A stretch of 51,698 nt of DNA from an uncultured Rhodospirillaceae bacterium (GCA_964587515.1 CAZPMO010000003.1:13002-64699); one strand, 5' to 3'. Positions 16,769-26,707 are shown, counted from the first letter of the stretch. Program-made: numbers and translations. Notes: generated from the letters alone by a model not told the origin.

Positions 16769-17698
16769 ATGAAGCTGCTTTATTTCGATGATTTCAAGCT
16801 GGGCGTTCTCAACGGCGACTCGGTGGTCGACGTATCGTCGGTGGTGGCGGACATTCCGCATATTGGACCGCACGATCTGATCAACGAGCTGATCGCGAAT
16901 TTCGACGATTATCGCGGCAAACTGGACGATGCCGCCTCGAAAAGCGACGGCGTGCCGCTTAGCAGCGTCCGCATTCGCCCGCCGTTGCCCAAGCCCGGCA
17001 ACATCGAATGCATGGCGGTCAATTATATGGAAGACGGCACGCGCGATGCGCCGGCCCCCATCAACGCCTTCCACAAATCATCGAGCGCGGTGATCGGCGA
17101 AGGGGACACCATGGTGCTGCCCGACGTGCCGGCCACCATCTTCGAAGGAGAGGCCGAACTCGCGCTGGTGATCGGCAAGGAGGCGACCAATGTCAGCGCC
17201 GCCGACGCGATGGATTACGTATTCGGCTATACCAATTTCATCGACGGTTCCGCGCGCGGCCTGGTGCCGCCCGGCAACACGTTCTACCAGATGAAATCGC
17301 GCGATACCTTCGCGCCCATCGGTCCCTATATCGTCACCAAGGACGAGATTGCCGATCCGCAAAAGCTGGACGTGAAGCTGTGGAACAGCGGCACGCTGAT
17401 GCAGAGCTTCAACACCGACGATATGGCGCACCTGATTCCGCGCTGCATTGAATGGGTAAGCTCGATCCATACGCTGCACCCGGGCGACATCATCGCCACC
17501 GGCACCAATCACCGGGGCCTGAATTCCTTCATGGACGGCGATAAGATCGAGCTCGAAATCGAAGGGCTGGGCCGCCTGACCTTCAACATAAAGGACGATT
17601 TGAAACGCACCTGGTCGCGCGAAACCAGGCTTCAGCACGCGGAGCAGAAACTCGACGGCGTCCACACGCCCCAACTCAGCGGCAAATACGCTTCCTGA
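16769..17698 (+). CDS. Fumarylacetoacetate hydrolase (FAH) family protein, second paralogue
   Basis: MKLLYFDDFKLGVLNG..., FEGEAELALVIG, GYTNFIDGSAR, PGDIIATGT. GAGGGAGG SD lies before the ATG at 16769. Confidence 0.85.
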   Translation: MKLLYFDDFKLGVLNGDSVVDVSSVVADIPHIGPHDLINELIANFDDYRGKLDDAASKSDGVPLSSVRIRPPLPKPGNIECMAVNYMEDGTRDAPAPINAFHKSSSAVIGEGDTMVLPDVPATIFEGEAELALVIGKEATNVSAADAMDYVFGYTNFIDGSARGLVPPGNTFYQMKSRDTFAPIGPYIVTKDEIADPQKLDVKLWNSGTLMQSFNTDDMAHLIPRCIEWVSSIHTLHPGDIIATGTNHRGLNSFMDGDKIELEIEGLGRLTFNIKDDLKRTWSRETRLQHAEQKLDGVHTPQLSGKYAS

Positions 17699-17719
17699 CG
17701 AAAACGCCTTACCTTTGAC

Positions 17720-17761
17720 GGCGCGTCCTTCGACCGAATTTCGACGGTCCGGGGACGCGCC
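17720..17761 (+). terminator. GC-rich hairpin downstream of the FAH gene (possible terminator, no U-tract)
   Basis: GGCGCGTCC...GACCG aatttcga CGGTC...GGACGCGCC read in the sequence. It lacks a following T-run, so assignment is weak. Confidence 0.3.
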
Positions 17762-17980
17762 GGCTCGGACGCCGCGAAGGCGCGCAGTATAACTTTTATC
17801 CAGTAAATCACCTAAAATCGTCCCTCAAGGTCAAAGCCCGCGGAAATTATGGCCGTCCGCAACGATAAACCTAGACTCAAGGTTTACGAAAATTATCCTG
17901 ATTAAGAGGGCGTTAATGCAATCTCGGCAGAATGGGTAGCGTAAACATAGAATTTACCACCGCGCATGCCGGGATCCGAT

Positions 17981-19111
17981 ATGAACAACTCACTCTCCCA
18001 AGCCGAAGTCCAGCGCCTCCTCGACGATCCGTCGGTCGACAACCGATTTGAGACAGCGCAGAAAGTCGCGTCCGGCTTCAACGACGGTCAGTTGACCGAC
18101 GAGGAACGCCGCATCGCACAAGACATTTTCCTGGTGATGGTGCGCGACGCCGAAGTACGCGTTCGCGAGGCATTGTCGGCGAACCTCAAGGATTGCCCGT
18201 TCCTGTCTCACGACATCGCACGTTCACTCGCCCAGGACGTGGATTCGGTATCGCTGCCGATCCTCCAGTTCTCCGGCGTGCTGACCGACGAAGATCTGGT
18301 CGAAATCGTCCGCGAACATGGACCGAGCAAGCAGAAGGCGGTGGCAAAGCGGGCGACCGTCTCGGAAACCGTCTCCGAAGCGCTGGTCGAGTCCGGCGAT
18401 GAAGACGTGGTGATCACGCTGGTCGCCAATCAAGGTGCGAAAATCCCTGAGCCGTCGCTCGAAAAGGTGCTCGATAAATTCGGTGAAAGCCAGGCTGTCA
18501 GCGACACCATGGCGGGGCGCGGCAAACTTCCGATGGGAGTCGCGGAACGTCTGGTGACGATGGTCTCGGACAAGATGCGCGACCACATCACGCAAAATAC
18601 CGAACTGGCGCCCGATCAGGTCAGCGATCTGATCATGGTGACCCGCGAGAAGGCGACGCTCGGGCTGCTGTCCGGAGGGTCCGACAACGACGACGTGCGC
18701 GACCTCGTGGTGCAGCTCTATCGCAGCGAAAGGTTGACGCCTTCGATCATCCTGCGCGCCCTGTGCATGGGCGATCTGCGGTTTTTCGAGGCGGCGGTTG
18801 CGTTGCTCGCCAAGGTGCCGCTGACCAACGCCCGCGTGCTGCTGCACGACGAAGGCGAACTCGGTCTCGGATCGATCCTGCGCAAGGCGAATATCCCGCA
18901 ACCCCTGTATCCGGCAATTCGCGCCGCGGTGGAAGTCGCGCACGAGACCGAATATGACGGCGGCGAAAACGACCGCGAACGTTTTCGCCGGCGCATGATC
19001 GAACGTATCCTCACCCAGATGGAAGACCCCAACGCGGGACTCGGCGAGGAGAACATCGACTACCTGCTGACCAAGCTGACGCAGATAGAGTCGGTCGCGA
19101 ACCCCACCTGA
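17981..19111 (+). CDS. DUF2336-like conserved alphaproteobacterial protein
   Basis: Helical-repeat protein of about 376 aa with repeated segments of the kind (VREALSANLKDCPFLSHDIARSLAQDVDSVSLPILQFSGVLTDEDLVEIV) that I associate from memory with DUF2336. Alternative ATG at 17966. Confidence 0.6.
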   Translation: MNNSLSQAEVQRLLDDPSVDNRFETAQKVASGFNDGQLTDEERRIAQDIFLVMVRDAEVRVREALSANLKDCPFLSHDIARSLAQDVDSVSLPILQFSGVLTDEDLVEIVREHGPSKQKAVAKRATVSETVSEALVESGDEDVVITLVANQGAKIPEPSLEKVLDKFGESQAVSDTMAGRGKLPMGVAERLVTMVSDKMRDHITQNTELAPDQVSDLIMVTREKATLGLLSGGSDNDDVRDLVVQLYRSERLTPSIILRALCMGDLRFFEAAVALLAKVPLTNARVLLHDEGELGLGSILRKANIPQPLYPAIRAAVEVAHETEYDGGENDRERFRRRMIERILTQMEDPNAGLGEENIDYLLTKLTQIESVANPT

Positions 19112-19130
19112 TCCGCGAGTTACACAAAAC

Positions 19131-20390
19131 CTAAAGCGGTAGCCGCCGGCCTCGGTCGATCGCGGCGCGACCAAACTTGTCGCGCACGGCGTCGATCGCC
19201 GTTTCCACGTCCTTGCGGTGTTCTGAATCCGGGTCGGCGAGATCGACAGGATCGGCTTCCCCGGCGGGCGCGAACCCGGAAAGTCCGATGCCGATCAGCC
19301 GAAACCGAGTCCCATCCACTTCCTTCGCGAGCAGCCCCTGCCCCGCCTCGAAAATCGAGTCCGCGAGCAGCGTCGGATGCGCCAGCGTAACGGCCCGCGT
19401 GCGCAGGCGGAAATTCGCGGTCTTCAGCTTCAGGGTCACCGTACGCCCGCCGATTCCTTCTTTCTTGAGTCGGGCCGACACCTTTTCGCAGAGCGGCCAC
19501 AGGCGGTGGCGCAGCGCCGACGGATCGGAGAGGTCCTCGGCGAATGTCGTCTCGGCGGAGAGGCTTTTACGGCCCGAGCCGCGTTCAACTCGGCGGTCGT
19601 CGACGCCATGCGAGAAGCGCGCGAGCCGCCGGCCGAGCTTGCCATACCGCCTGGTTAGCTCGTCCTCCGCGATCGCCTGAAGTTCGCCGATCCGGGTGAT
19701 CCCGTCCGCCGCGAGCCGGGCCTGCATCGCGTCGCCCACGCCCCACAGGCGCGACACCGACAGAGAGGCCAGGAATTCGATCGCATCGTCTCGCCCGACC
19801 ACGGAAAACCCCCGTGGCTTGTCGAGATCCGACGCAATTTTGGCGAGAAATTTGTTGTAGCTCAGCCCGATGGAGACCGTGATCCCGATTTCTTGCTCAA
19901 TGCGCAGCGCCAACCCCGCCAGAGAACGCGCCGCGCTGCCGCCATGCAGCCGTTCGGTGCCGGATAGGTCGAGGAACGCCTCGTCGACCGAAATCGGTTG
20001 GACCAAGGGCGTCACGCCTTCCATGAGGTCGCGCACTTCACGTCCGACGCGGCCGTACTTTTCCATGTCGGGGCGCACCACCACCGCATCGGGGCAGGCC
20101 TTGAGCGCGCGGAACATCGGCATCGCCGAATGGACGCCGAACCGCCGCGCCCGGTAGCAGGCCGCCATCACCACGCCACGTCCGCCGCCGCCGCCGACCA
20201 GCACCGGCGCGTCGGCGAGCGCCGGATCGTCGCGCTTTTCCACCGCCGCGTAAAACGCGTCGCAGTCCAAATGCGCGATCGCCAACCGGTCAAGTTCACC
20301 ATGCGCGACCAGCCGGTTGGACCCGCATCCGGAACAAGCATTCCCGGCCCCGTCAGCGACGGAAAGACAGTCTCTGCACAGCACGGCCAT
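19131..20390 (-). CDS. dinB: DNA polymerase IV (Y-family) with N-terminal Cys4 extension
   Basis: HLDCDAFYAAVEKRDDPAL...PVLVGG...RGVVMAACYRARRFGVHSAMPM is canonical DinB. About 38 extra N-terminal residues carry CRDC...CSGC. Confidence 0.9.
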   Translation of the reverse strand: MAVLCRDCLSVADGAGNACSGCGSNRLVAHGELDRLAIAHLDCDAFYAAVEKRDDPALADAPVLVGGGGGRGVVMAACYRARRFGVHSAMPMFRALKACPDAVVVRPDMEKYGRVGREVRDLMEGVTPLVQPISVDEAFLDLSGTERLHGGSAARSLAGLALRIEQEIGITVSIGLSYNKFLAKIASDLDKPRGFSVVGRDDAIEFLASLSVSRLWGVGDAMQARLAADGITRIGELQAIAEDELTRRYGKLGRRLARFSHGVDDRRVERGSGRKSLSAETTFAEDLSDPSALRHRLWPLCEKVSARLKKEGIGGRTVTLKLKTANFRLRTRAVTLAHPTLLADSIFEAGQGLLAKEVDGTRFRLIGIGLSGFAPAGEADPVDLADPDSEHRKDVETAIDAVRDKFGRAAIDRGRRLPL

Positions 20391-20459
20391 GCGCCGAGAT
20401 TGAAGCGCGGGCGCGAGCGCGTCAACCGGAGCGGTGGGCGGGAGCGGGAATGAAAATGC

Positions 20460-21791
20460 CTATGCCTGCTCGAAAAACTGGTTCGCGGGGCGCGGCAGTC
20501 CGAGATTTTCGCGCATGGTTTTCCCTTCATATTCGGTGCGGAACAGGCCTCGGCGTTGCAGTTCGGGGATAACGCCTTCGATAAAATCCTCGAGCCCGCC
20601 GGGCAGATAGGGAAACATTACCGTGAACCCGTCGCTGGCCTCGGTCATCAGCCATTCTTCCATCTCATCGGCGATCGAGGTCGCCGTGCCGACCATGGCA
20701 AGCCCGGAATAACCGCCGAGCCGCTGGGCGAGCTGGCGAACGGTGAGACCTTCCTTCTCGGCGAGCAGGATGGCCCGTTCGCGCCCGCTTTTCGATGCGT
20801 TGCTTTCAGGAATCTCGGGCAACGGCCCGTCGGGATCGAAACCGGACGCATCGGACCCGAGCGCAATCGACAGCGAGGCGATGGCGCTTTCGTAGTGGAC
20901 CAGCCCGTCCAGGCGGGCCCGTTTCTCGCGCGCCTCTTCCATGGTGTCGCCGACCACCATCAGGCAGCCAGGCAGGATTTTCATATGATCGCGGTCGCGC
21001 CCGACCTTCTCCATGCGGCCCTTCACATCGGCGTAGAATGCCTGCCCGGTGGGAATGTCACGCTGCGCGGTGAAAACACCCTCGGCGGTCTCGGCGGCGA
21101 GCTGGCGGCCATCTTCGGAAGCGCCGGCCTGCACGATCACCGGCCAGCCCTGCACCGGGCGCCCGATATTGAGGGGGCCGCGCACCGAGAGATAATCCCC
21201 CTTATGGTTCAGCACGTGCATCTTGTCGGGATCGAAATAGACGCCGTTTTCCACATCGCGGATGAACGCGTCGTCGGCCCAGCTATCCCACAATCCGGTC
21301 ACCGCGTCGTAGAATTCACGCGCGCGGCGATAGCGCTCGGCGTGTTCGAGATGATCCTCGCGCCCGAAATTCATCGACGCGTCGGGGTTCGACGTGGTGA
21401 CGATGTTCCAGCCGGCGCGCCCGCCGCTGATATGGTCGAGCGAGGAAAACCGCCGCGCCACGTGGAACGGTTCCTCATAGGTGGTCGAGCCGGTCGCGAC
21501 CAGGCCGAGATGCTCCGTCGCCACCGCCAGCGCCGACAGAAGCGTCATCGGCTCGAACGAAGTCACCGTCGCGCTGCGCTTCAACGCGTCGATCGGCATG
21601 TTCAGCACCGACACGTGATCGGCCATGAAAAATGCGTCGAACCGGCCCCGTTCCAACGCCTGCGCGAAATGCTTGATGTGATCGAAATTGAAGTTCGCGT
21701 CCGCATAGGCGCCGGGATAGCGCCATGCGCCGGTATGAATGCTGATCGGGCGCATGAAGGCGCCGAGCCGTAATTGTCGTCTCCCGCTCAT
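20460..21791 (-). CDS. LLM-class flavin-dependent monooxygenase (NtaA/SnaA/DszA family)
   Basis: N-terminus QLRLGAFMRPISIHTGAWRYPGAYADANFNFDHIKHFAQALERGRFDAFFMADH is typical of this family. 443 aa. Confidence 0.85.
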   Translation of the reverse strand: MSGRRQLRLGAFMRPISIHTGAWRYPGAYADANFNFDHIKHFAQALERGRFDAFFMADHVSVLNMPIDALKRSATVTSFEPMTLLSALAVATEHLGLVATGSTTYEEPFHVARRFSSLDHISGGRAGWNIVTTSNPDASMNFGREDHLEHAERYRRAREFYDAVTGLWDSWADDAFIRDVENGVYFDPDKMHVLNHKGDYLSVRGPLNIGRPVQGWPVIVQAGASEDGRQLAAETAEGVFTAQRDIPTGQAFYADVKGRMEKVGRDRDHMKILPGCLMVVGDTMEEAREKRARLDGLVHYESAIASLSIALGSDASGFDPDGPLPEIPESNASKSGRERAILLAEKEGLTVRQLAQRLGGYSGLAMVGTATSIADEMEEWLMTEASDGFTVMFPYLPGGLEDFIEGVIPELQRRGLFRTEYEGKTMRENLGLPRPANQFFEQA

Positions 21792-21928
21792 GACGATCTT
21801 TTCCTTTTACAAGGTCCCAAGGCGAAAACAGTGCCACAAAAAATACCGGCGCGCGACGATGGTCTCGCCGCGCGCCGACATTCTCCGGTGGTCCACACCG
21901 CGCGTTTTATGCGCGGTGATTCCCTTTA

Positions 21929-23002
21929 CTATTTACTCCAATCGCGCAGCGAACTCGCTTTTACCCGCTTCAATTCGCTTAAATAGGCTTCGAAGACCGC
22001 GCTTCCCGGAAGGCCCTTCGCGTCCTGACGCTTGGCCCATTGCCGAGCAATATTGGGCATGGTGTTGGCCCAGCGCACGCGTTCCTTTTTCGACATCGCG
22101 TTGAACTTCACGCCTTTTTTCTTCATGATCTTGGCGAATTTCGCGACCTTTTTCTTGTCGACCGCGATCTGCCAATGGGGCCAGTTGTTCGCCACGTCGC
22201 GGAAAATATCCTGGACGTAACGGGGGAAACTGTTCCAGGTCTTGGTGTTCACCGTCATCGCGGTGCCCGTGCTGACGCCGAAACTCATCTTCGTGTAGAT
22301 TTTCGCCGCTTCGTAGGTCTTGAATGGGAAGGCTAAATTGATCGGAATCGGATAGCCTTCATAAACGCCGGAACGGATGCTGGTGTAGGATTCGACCATC
22401 GAGGACGTCACCGTCACCGCACCGATGCCCCGGAAGAACTGGCCCAGCACGCCGCTGACGCCGATCTTGCGGCCCTTGAGATCGTCGAGCGATTTCACCG
22501 GGAAGGTGGTGAACAGATCGTACATGCCCGAGACGCCGCTGATCAGGAAGATTTGGCCGTTCTTGGTGTAGCTGTCGTTCATCGTCGGCACCATCTTGCG
22601 GATGTTGGCGTCGATCTCCGCGATCTGCTCGCTGTTTTCGCCGCTGAACGGAACCATGGTGGCGTATTGTTCGAGGGGCAGCTTGGATTCCTCGAAGTTC
22701 TTCACCATGAGGCCCACCTGGGCGATGTTTTCCTCGACCGCCTCGAACTGCTCATATGCCTTGGCCACGGCCTGGGCGTAGGCGCGAATCCACTTGATCT
22801 TGAAATCCTTGCCGGTAGCGGCGAGCCGCTTGTTGACCTCGGGGATGAACTTCTTGGTGGTCACGGAAACGTAGGTCACGACGCCGGGCGCCGGCGCGGT
22901 GACAATAAGCTTGATTTCTTTTGCCGCGACGCTCGGCGCCCAGGCGGCGAGCGTCAAGGCGACGGGAATGGTGACAGCGATGTTTTTGACGGGTTTGTGC
23001 AT
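21929..23002 (-). CDS. TRAP transporter substrate-binding protein (DctP-type)
   Basis: Signal peptide (VALTLAAWAPSVAA/KE), size of about 357 aa, and divergent adjacency to dctQ/dctM-type genes. AGGGAGA SD is present. ATG at 23002 or 23005. Confidence 0.65.
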   Translation of the reverse strand: MHKPVKNIAVTIPVALTLAAWAPSVAAKEIKLIVTAPAPGVVTYVSVTTKKFIPEVNKRLAATGKDFKIKWIRAYAQAVAKAYEQFEAVEENIAQVGLMVKNFEESKLPLEQYATMVPFSGENSEQIAEIDANIRKMVPTMNDSYTKNGQIFLISGVSGMYDLFTTFPVKSLDDLKGRKIGVSGVLGQFFRGIGAVTVTSSMVESYTSIRSGVYEGYPIPINLAFPFKTYEAAKIYTKMSFGVSTGTAMTVNTKTWNSFPRYVQDIFRDVANNWPHWQIAVDKKKVAKFAKIMKKKGVKFNAMSKKERVRWANTMPNIARQWAKRQDAKGLPGSAVFEAYLSELKRVKASSLRDWSK

Positions 23003-23391
23003 CATTTTCTCCCTTTGATTTACACGGCAAACCGCTTTTCTTTTCCGGGCTCCTTCTCACGGGATACTCCAGCAGCCGCATCGTGTTCCAATGCGAGCCC
23101 GAGCGCAACCCGTTCCGCGATTTGGAATTTTGGATTCGGGTCGTTAGAATGCTCACCGATTCCCGCCGCGCCGACAGGGCGCGGGAATAAAACAAGCGGG
23201 AGCACGCCGGGCTGGATACCCGCCTGGCAACAGGGAGATTGCGATGTTGAGACCGGTCCAGGGCGGACCCGGTGGCGGTTCACCCGGACAGCCGCCTCGA
23301 ACGCGTTATGATGCTGACGGCTATTTGGGTAGTATTTTTCGTCGCGCCACATTTCAATTTTGCGTGATCGACTTCCGGCGGGGCAAAGCCC

Positions 23392-23982
23392 ATGTCCGGT
23401 GACGAACCACGCCGCCCCGATTCGGGAACGAACAGCAATCCGGTGGGCAGAGCGTTCAACGTTCTCGTCTCCGCTTTTAACGGCATAGGCACCGTCTGGA
23501 TTTTCGCGATCATGGTGCTGATCAACCTCGATGTCTTCTCGCGTTTCCTGTTCAACGCGCCGGTCAAGGGCGTGCCGCTGGCGGTGACCATGTCGATCAT
23601 CGCCATCGTCTTCCTACAGTTGAGCGACGCGCTGCGCGTCGGACGCCTCACGCGGTCGGACGTGATGATCGGACGTCTGCTTACGCGCCGCCCCACGGTC
23701 GGCCATGTGCTGCAATTGATATACAACGCGCTCGGCGTGTTTTTGATGGCGGTTATCTTCTGGTACACCGTGCCGTTTCTTTTGAAGGCTTGGGCCTCAC
23801 AGTCCTATGCCGGTAACGAGGGTGAATTTACCGTGCCGGAATGGCCGGTGAAGCTGGTCATCCTGATCGGCTCGTCCGTTTGCTGCATCCAGTTCATCCG
23901 GCATGTCTGGCAGGACATCCGATACCTGCGCGGCTATCGCGACAGCGACCATATGGGCGCGGGAGGCGGTCGCTATGAGTGA
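23392..23982 (+). CDS. TRAP transporter small permease (DctQ-type)
   Basis: 196-aa protein with 4 TM helices, immediately upstream of and overlapping a DctM-type gene. Confidence 0.75.
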   Translation: MSGDEPRRPDSGTNSNPVGRAFNVLVSAFNGIGTVWIFAIMVLINLDVFSRFLFNAPVKGVPLAVTMSIIAIVFLQLSDALRVGRLTRSDVMIGRLLTRRPTVGHVLQLIYNALGVFLMAVIFWYTVPFLLKAWASQSYAGNEGEFTVPEWPVKLVILIGSSVCCIQFIRHVWQDIRYLRGYRDSDHMGAGGGRYE

Positions 23983-25300
23983 CGTAGAAATTGGACTCGT
24001 ATCGGTCCTGTTCGTTCTTATCACCGTCTATATCGGTGTCCATGTCGGCGTCGCGCTGTCGCTGATTTCTTTCTTCGGCGTGTGGCTCATCCAGGGCGAT
24101 TGGGCGGTCGCGGGCAAGCTATTGTCGCTGGCCGCCGCGGAAAGCCTGCAGCGATATGAATTCGGCGTCATTCCCCTGTTCGTGCTGATGGGGCTGTTCG
24201 TCAGCGTTTCGGATATCGGCAGAGACACCTATGACGTCGCGAACCATATTTTTCGCAGGGTAAAAGGTGGTCTCGGCACCGCGACGGTCGCCGCCAACGC
24301 GGTCTTCGCCGCGGTAACCGGCACGTCGATCGCGTCGGCCTCGGTGTTCACCAAGGTGGCCGTGCCCGAAATGCTGCGGCTCGGCTATCGGCCGCGTTTC
24401 GCCGTTGGTGTTGTCGCGGGCTCCTCCGTGCTGGGTATGCTGATCCCCCCTTCCCTGTTGCTTATCCTGTTCGGTATCCTCGCCGAAATCTCGATCGGCG
24501 ATCTGTTCATCGCCGGCATACTTCCCGGCCTCCTGCTCTCGGTGGCCTTCGCCGCGCTGATCTCGGTGATGGCCAATCGCTGGCCGGATTACGTACAGCC
24601 CGACATGGAAGAGCGGATGGCCGAGGCGGGCCATTCGGAAATGAGCTGGATTACGATTTTCCTGAAGCTGCTTCCCATCATCCTTCTTGTGGTCCTGGTG
24701 CTGGGCGGCATCTATGGCGGGGTGTTTACCGCGACCGAAGCGGGTGGCGTCGGCGCGCTGGGCGGATTTATTCTGGCCCTGGTGCGACGCAAGCTCTCGA
24801 TTTCCAACCTGTGGCGTGTGCTGGTCGAGACCGGCCATGTCACCGCCGCCATCTGTTTCCTGCTGATATCGGCGCATCTTTATGGCCGCATGATCACCAT
24901 CAGCGGCATCCCGACGGAGATGGAGACCTTCATCGAAGCCGCGGGTCTCAGCTTCGCCGTGCTGATGGCGATCTATATCGTGATCCTGGTGATATTAGGG
25001 ACCATCATGTCGGCAGGCGAAATCATGCTGATCATGGTGCCGCTGGTCGTGCCGGCGATGACGCTCTTCGAAGAAGTCGACCTCGTCTGGCTCGGCATCG
25101 TCACGGTGATCGGCGTAGAGATCGGATTGCTGACGCCACCATTGGGACTTGCCTGTTTCATCATTCACAACAACCTTCAGGACAAGCGCATTTCCATCAA
25201 CGATATCTTCATCGGCGCGGCGCCGTTCGCGCTGACCATGCTGCTTGTGCTGATCCTGGTTGCCGTCTTTCCGCAGATCGCCCTGTTCCTGGTGTACTAA
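23975..25300 (+). CDS. TRAP transporter large permease (DctM-type)
   Basis: Polytopic 441-aa protein starting MSDVEIGLVSVLFVLITVYIGV... The start overlaps the dctQ stop by 8 nt. Confidence 0.9.
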   Translation: MSDVEIGLVSVLFVLITVYIGVHVGVALSLISFFGVWLIQGDWAVAGKLLSLAAAESLQRYEFGVIPLFVLMGLFVSVSDIGRDTYDVANHIFRRVKGGLGTATVAANAVFAAVTGTSIASASVFTKVAVPEMLRLGYRPRFAVGVVAGSSVLGMLIPPSLLLILFGILAEISIGDLFIAGILPGLLLSVAFAALISVMANRWPDYVQPDMEERMAEAGHSEMSWITIFLKLLPIILLVVLVLGGIYGGVFTATEAGGVGALGGFILALVRRKLSISNLWRVLVETGHVTAAICFLLISAHLYGRMITISGIPTEMETFIEAAGLSFAVLMAIYIVILVILGTIMSAGEIMLIMVPLVVPAMTLFEEVDLVWLGIVTVIGVEIGLLTPPLGLACFIIHNNLQDKRISINDIFIGAAPFALTMLLVLILVAVFPQIALFLVY

Positions 25301-25322
25301 TGCGATCCGAGATCGCCGGGCC

Positions 25323-26033
25323 ATGATCGACAAGACCGCCGCAACCGTGGAGGATGCCGTCGCCGATGTGGCGGACGGCGATACCGTGCTGATCAGCGGT
25401 TTCGGCGAAGCGGGCTGTCCAACCGAGCTGATCCACGGGCTGATCGACCACGGCGCGCGCGATCTCACGCTGGTCAACAACAATGCCGGCAACGGCCATG
25501 TCGGGCTCGCGGCGTTGCTGGAATCCGGCCACGTGCGCAAGATGATCTGCTCGTATCCCAGATCGTCCCATTCCGTGGTGTTCGAAGAACTCTATCGCGC
25601 CGGCAAGATCGAGCTGGAGACCGTACCGCAGGGCACGATGGCCGAGCGGCTGCGCGCCGCCGGCGCCGGCATCGGGGGGTTCTATACGCCGACCTCGGTG
25701 GGCACGCCGCTTGCGGAAGGCAAGGAAGCGCGGACCATCGAAGGCCGCGATTACGTGCTGGAACTGCCGCTGCGGGCGGAGATCGCGCTGATCAAGGCGG
25801 AGACCGCCGACCGCTGGGGTAACCTCACCTATCGCTTCGCCGCCCGCAATTTCGCGCCGATCATGTGCATGGCCGCCGAAACCACGATCGTGCAGGCGAA
25901 GCGCATCGTGGAGCTCGGCGAGATCGACCCCGAGACCGTCGTGACGCCGAGCATCTTCGTCGATCGCGTGGTCGAGGTCGCGGCGCCCATGAGCGAGCGC
26001 GACGCGATCCTGGCGGGGGAAACTTATCCATGA
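25323..26033 (+). CDS. 3-oxoacid CoA-transferase subunit A
   Basis: MIDKTAATVEDAVADVADGDTVLISGFGEAGCPTELIHGL... is a typical subunit A N-terminus. Confidence 0.9.
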   Translation: MIDKTAATVEDAVADVADGDTVLISGFGEAGCPTELIHGLIDHGARDLTLVNNNAGNGHVGLAALLESGHVRKMICSYPRSSHSVVFEELYRAGKIELETVPQGTMAERLRAAGAGIGGFYTPTSVGTPLAEGKEARTIEGRDYVLELPLRAEIALIKAETADRWGNLTYRFAARNFAPIMCMAAETTIVQAKRIVELGEIDPETVVTPSIFVDRVVEVAAPMSERDAILAGETYP

Positions 26034-26707
26034 GCGGGCCGCTCAGCCGAGATCAGATCGCCTGGCGGGTCGCCCAGGACATCGAGGAAGGCGCTTATGT
26101 CAATCTCGGCATCGGCCAGCCCGAGCGCGTCGCGAACCACGTGCCGGCGGGCCGCGAAATCGTCTTCCACAGCGAAAACGGCATTCTCGGCATGGGTCCC
26201 GAGCCAGCTCCCGAGGATATCGACGAGGAGCTGATTAACGCCGGCAAAAAACCGATCACGCTGGTGCCGGGCGGGTCGTTTTTCCATCACGCCGATTCGT
26301 TCGGGATGATCCGGGGCGGATATATCGATATCTGCGTGCTGGGCGCGTTTCAGGTCGCGGCCAACGGCGACCTGGCGAATTGGTCGACGGGCAAACCCGG
26401 CGCGGTGCCCGCGGTGGGCGGCGCCATGGATCTCGCGGTCGGCGCGCGTCGGGTTTTCGTAATGACCGATCACAACACCAAGGACGGCGCGCCCAAACTG
26501 GTCGAGCGCTGCACCTATCCGTTGACCGGAATCGGCGTGGTGACGACGGTCTATTCCGATCTCGCCGTGATCGACGTGACCAGCCAGGGTTTCGTGATCC
26601 GTGAAATGGTCGAGGGACTGACACTTGATGAGCTCCAGGAAAAGACCGGCGCGCCGGTCCGGCTGGCCAATGACTGGCGCCGCATCGCCACGCCGGTTCC
26701 CGGTTGA
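26030..26707 (+). CDS. 3-oxoacid CoA-transferase subunit B
   Basis: IAWRVAQDIEEGAYVNLGIGQPERV...HSENGILGMGP (SENG motif). The ATGA overlaps the subunit A stop. Confidence 0.9.
   Translation: MSGPLSRDQIAWRVAQDIEEGAYVNLGIGQPERVANHVPAGREIVFHSENGILGMGPEPAPEDIDEELINAGKKPITLVPGGSFFHHADSFGMIRGGYIDICVLGAFQVAANGDLANWSTGKPGAVPAVGGAMDLAVGARRVFVMTDHNTKDGAPKLVERCTYPLTGIGVVTTVYSDLAVIDVTSQGFVIREMVEGLTLDELQEKTGAPVRLANDWRRIATPVPG

Noticed and set aside
23020-23352. A 110-aa ORF on the minus strand inside the divergent TRAP promoter region, and a nearby hairpin (attcccgccgcgcc...ggcgcgggaat, about 23158-23190).
   Set aside because: There is no recognisable start context or family, and no third-position bias was evident by eye. 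The hairpin may be a regulatory site, but nothing in the sequence lets me assign it.
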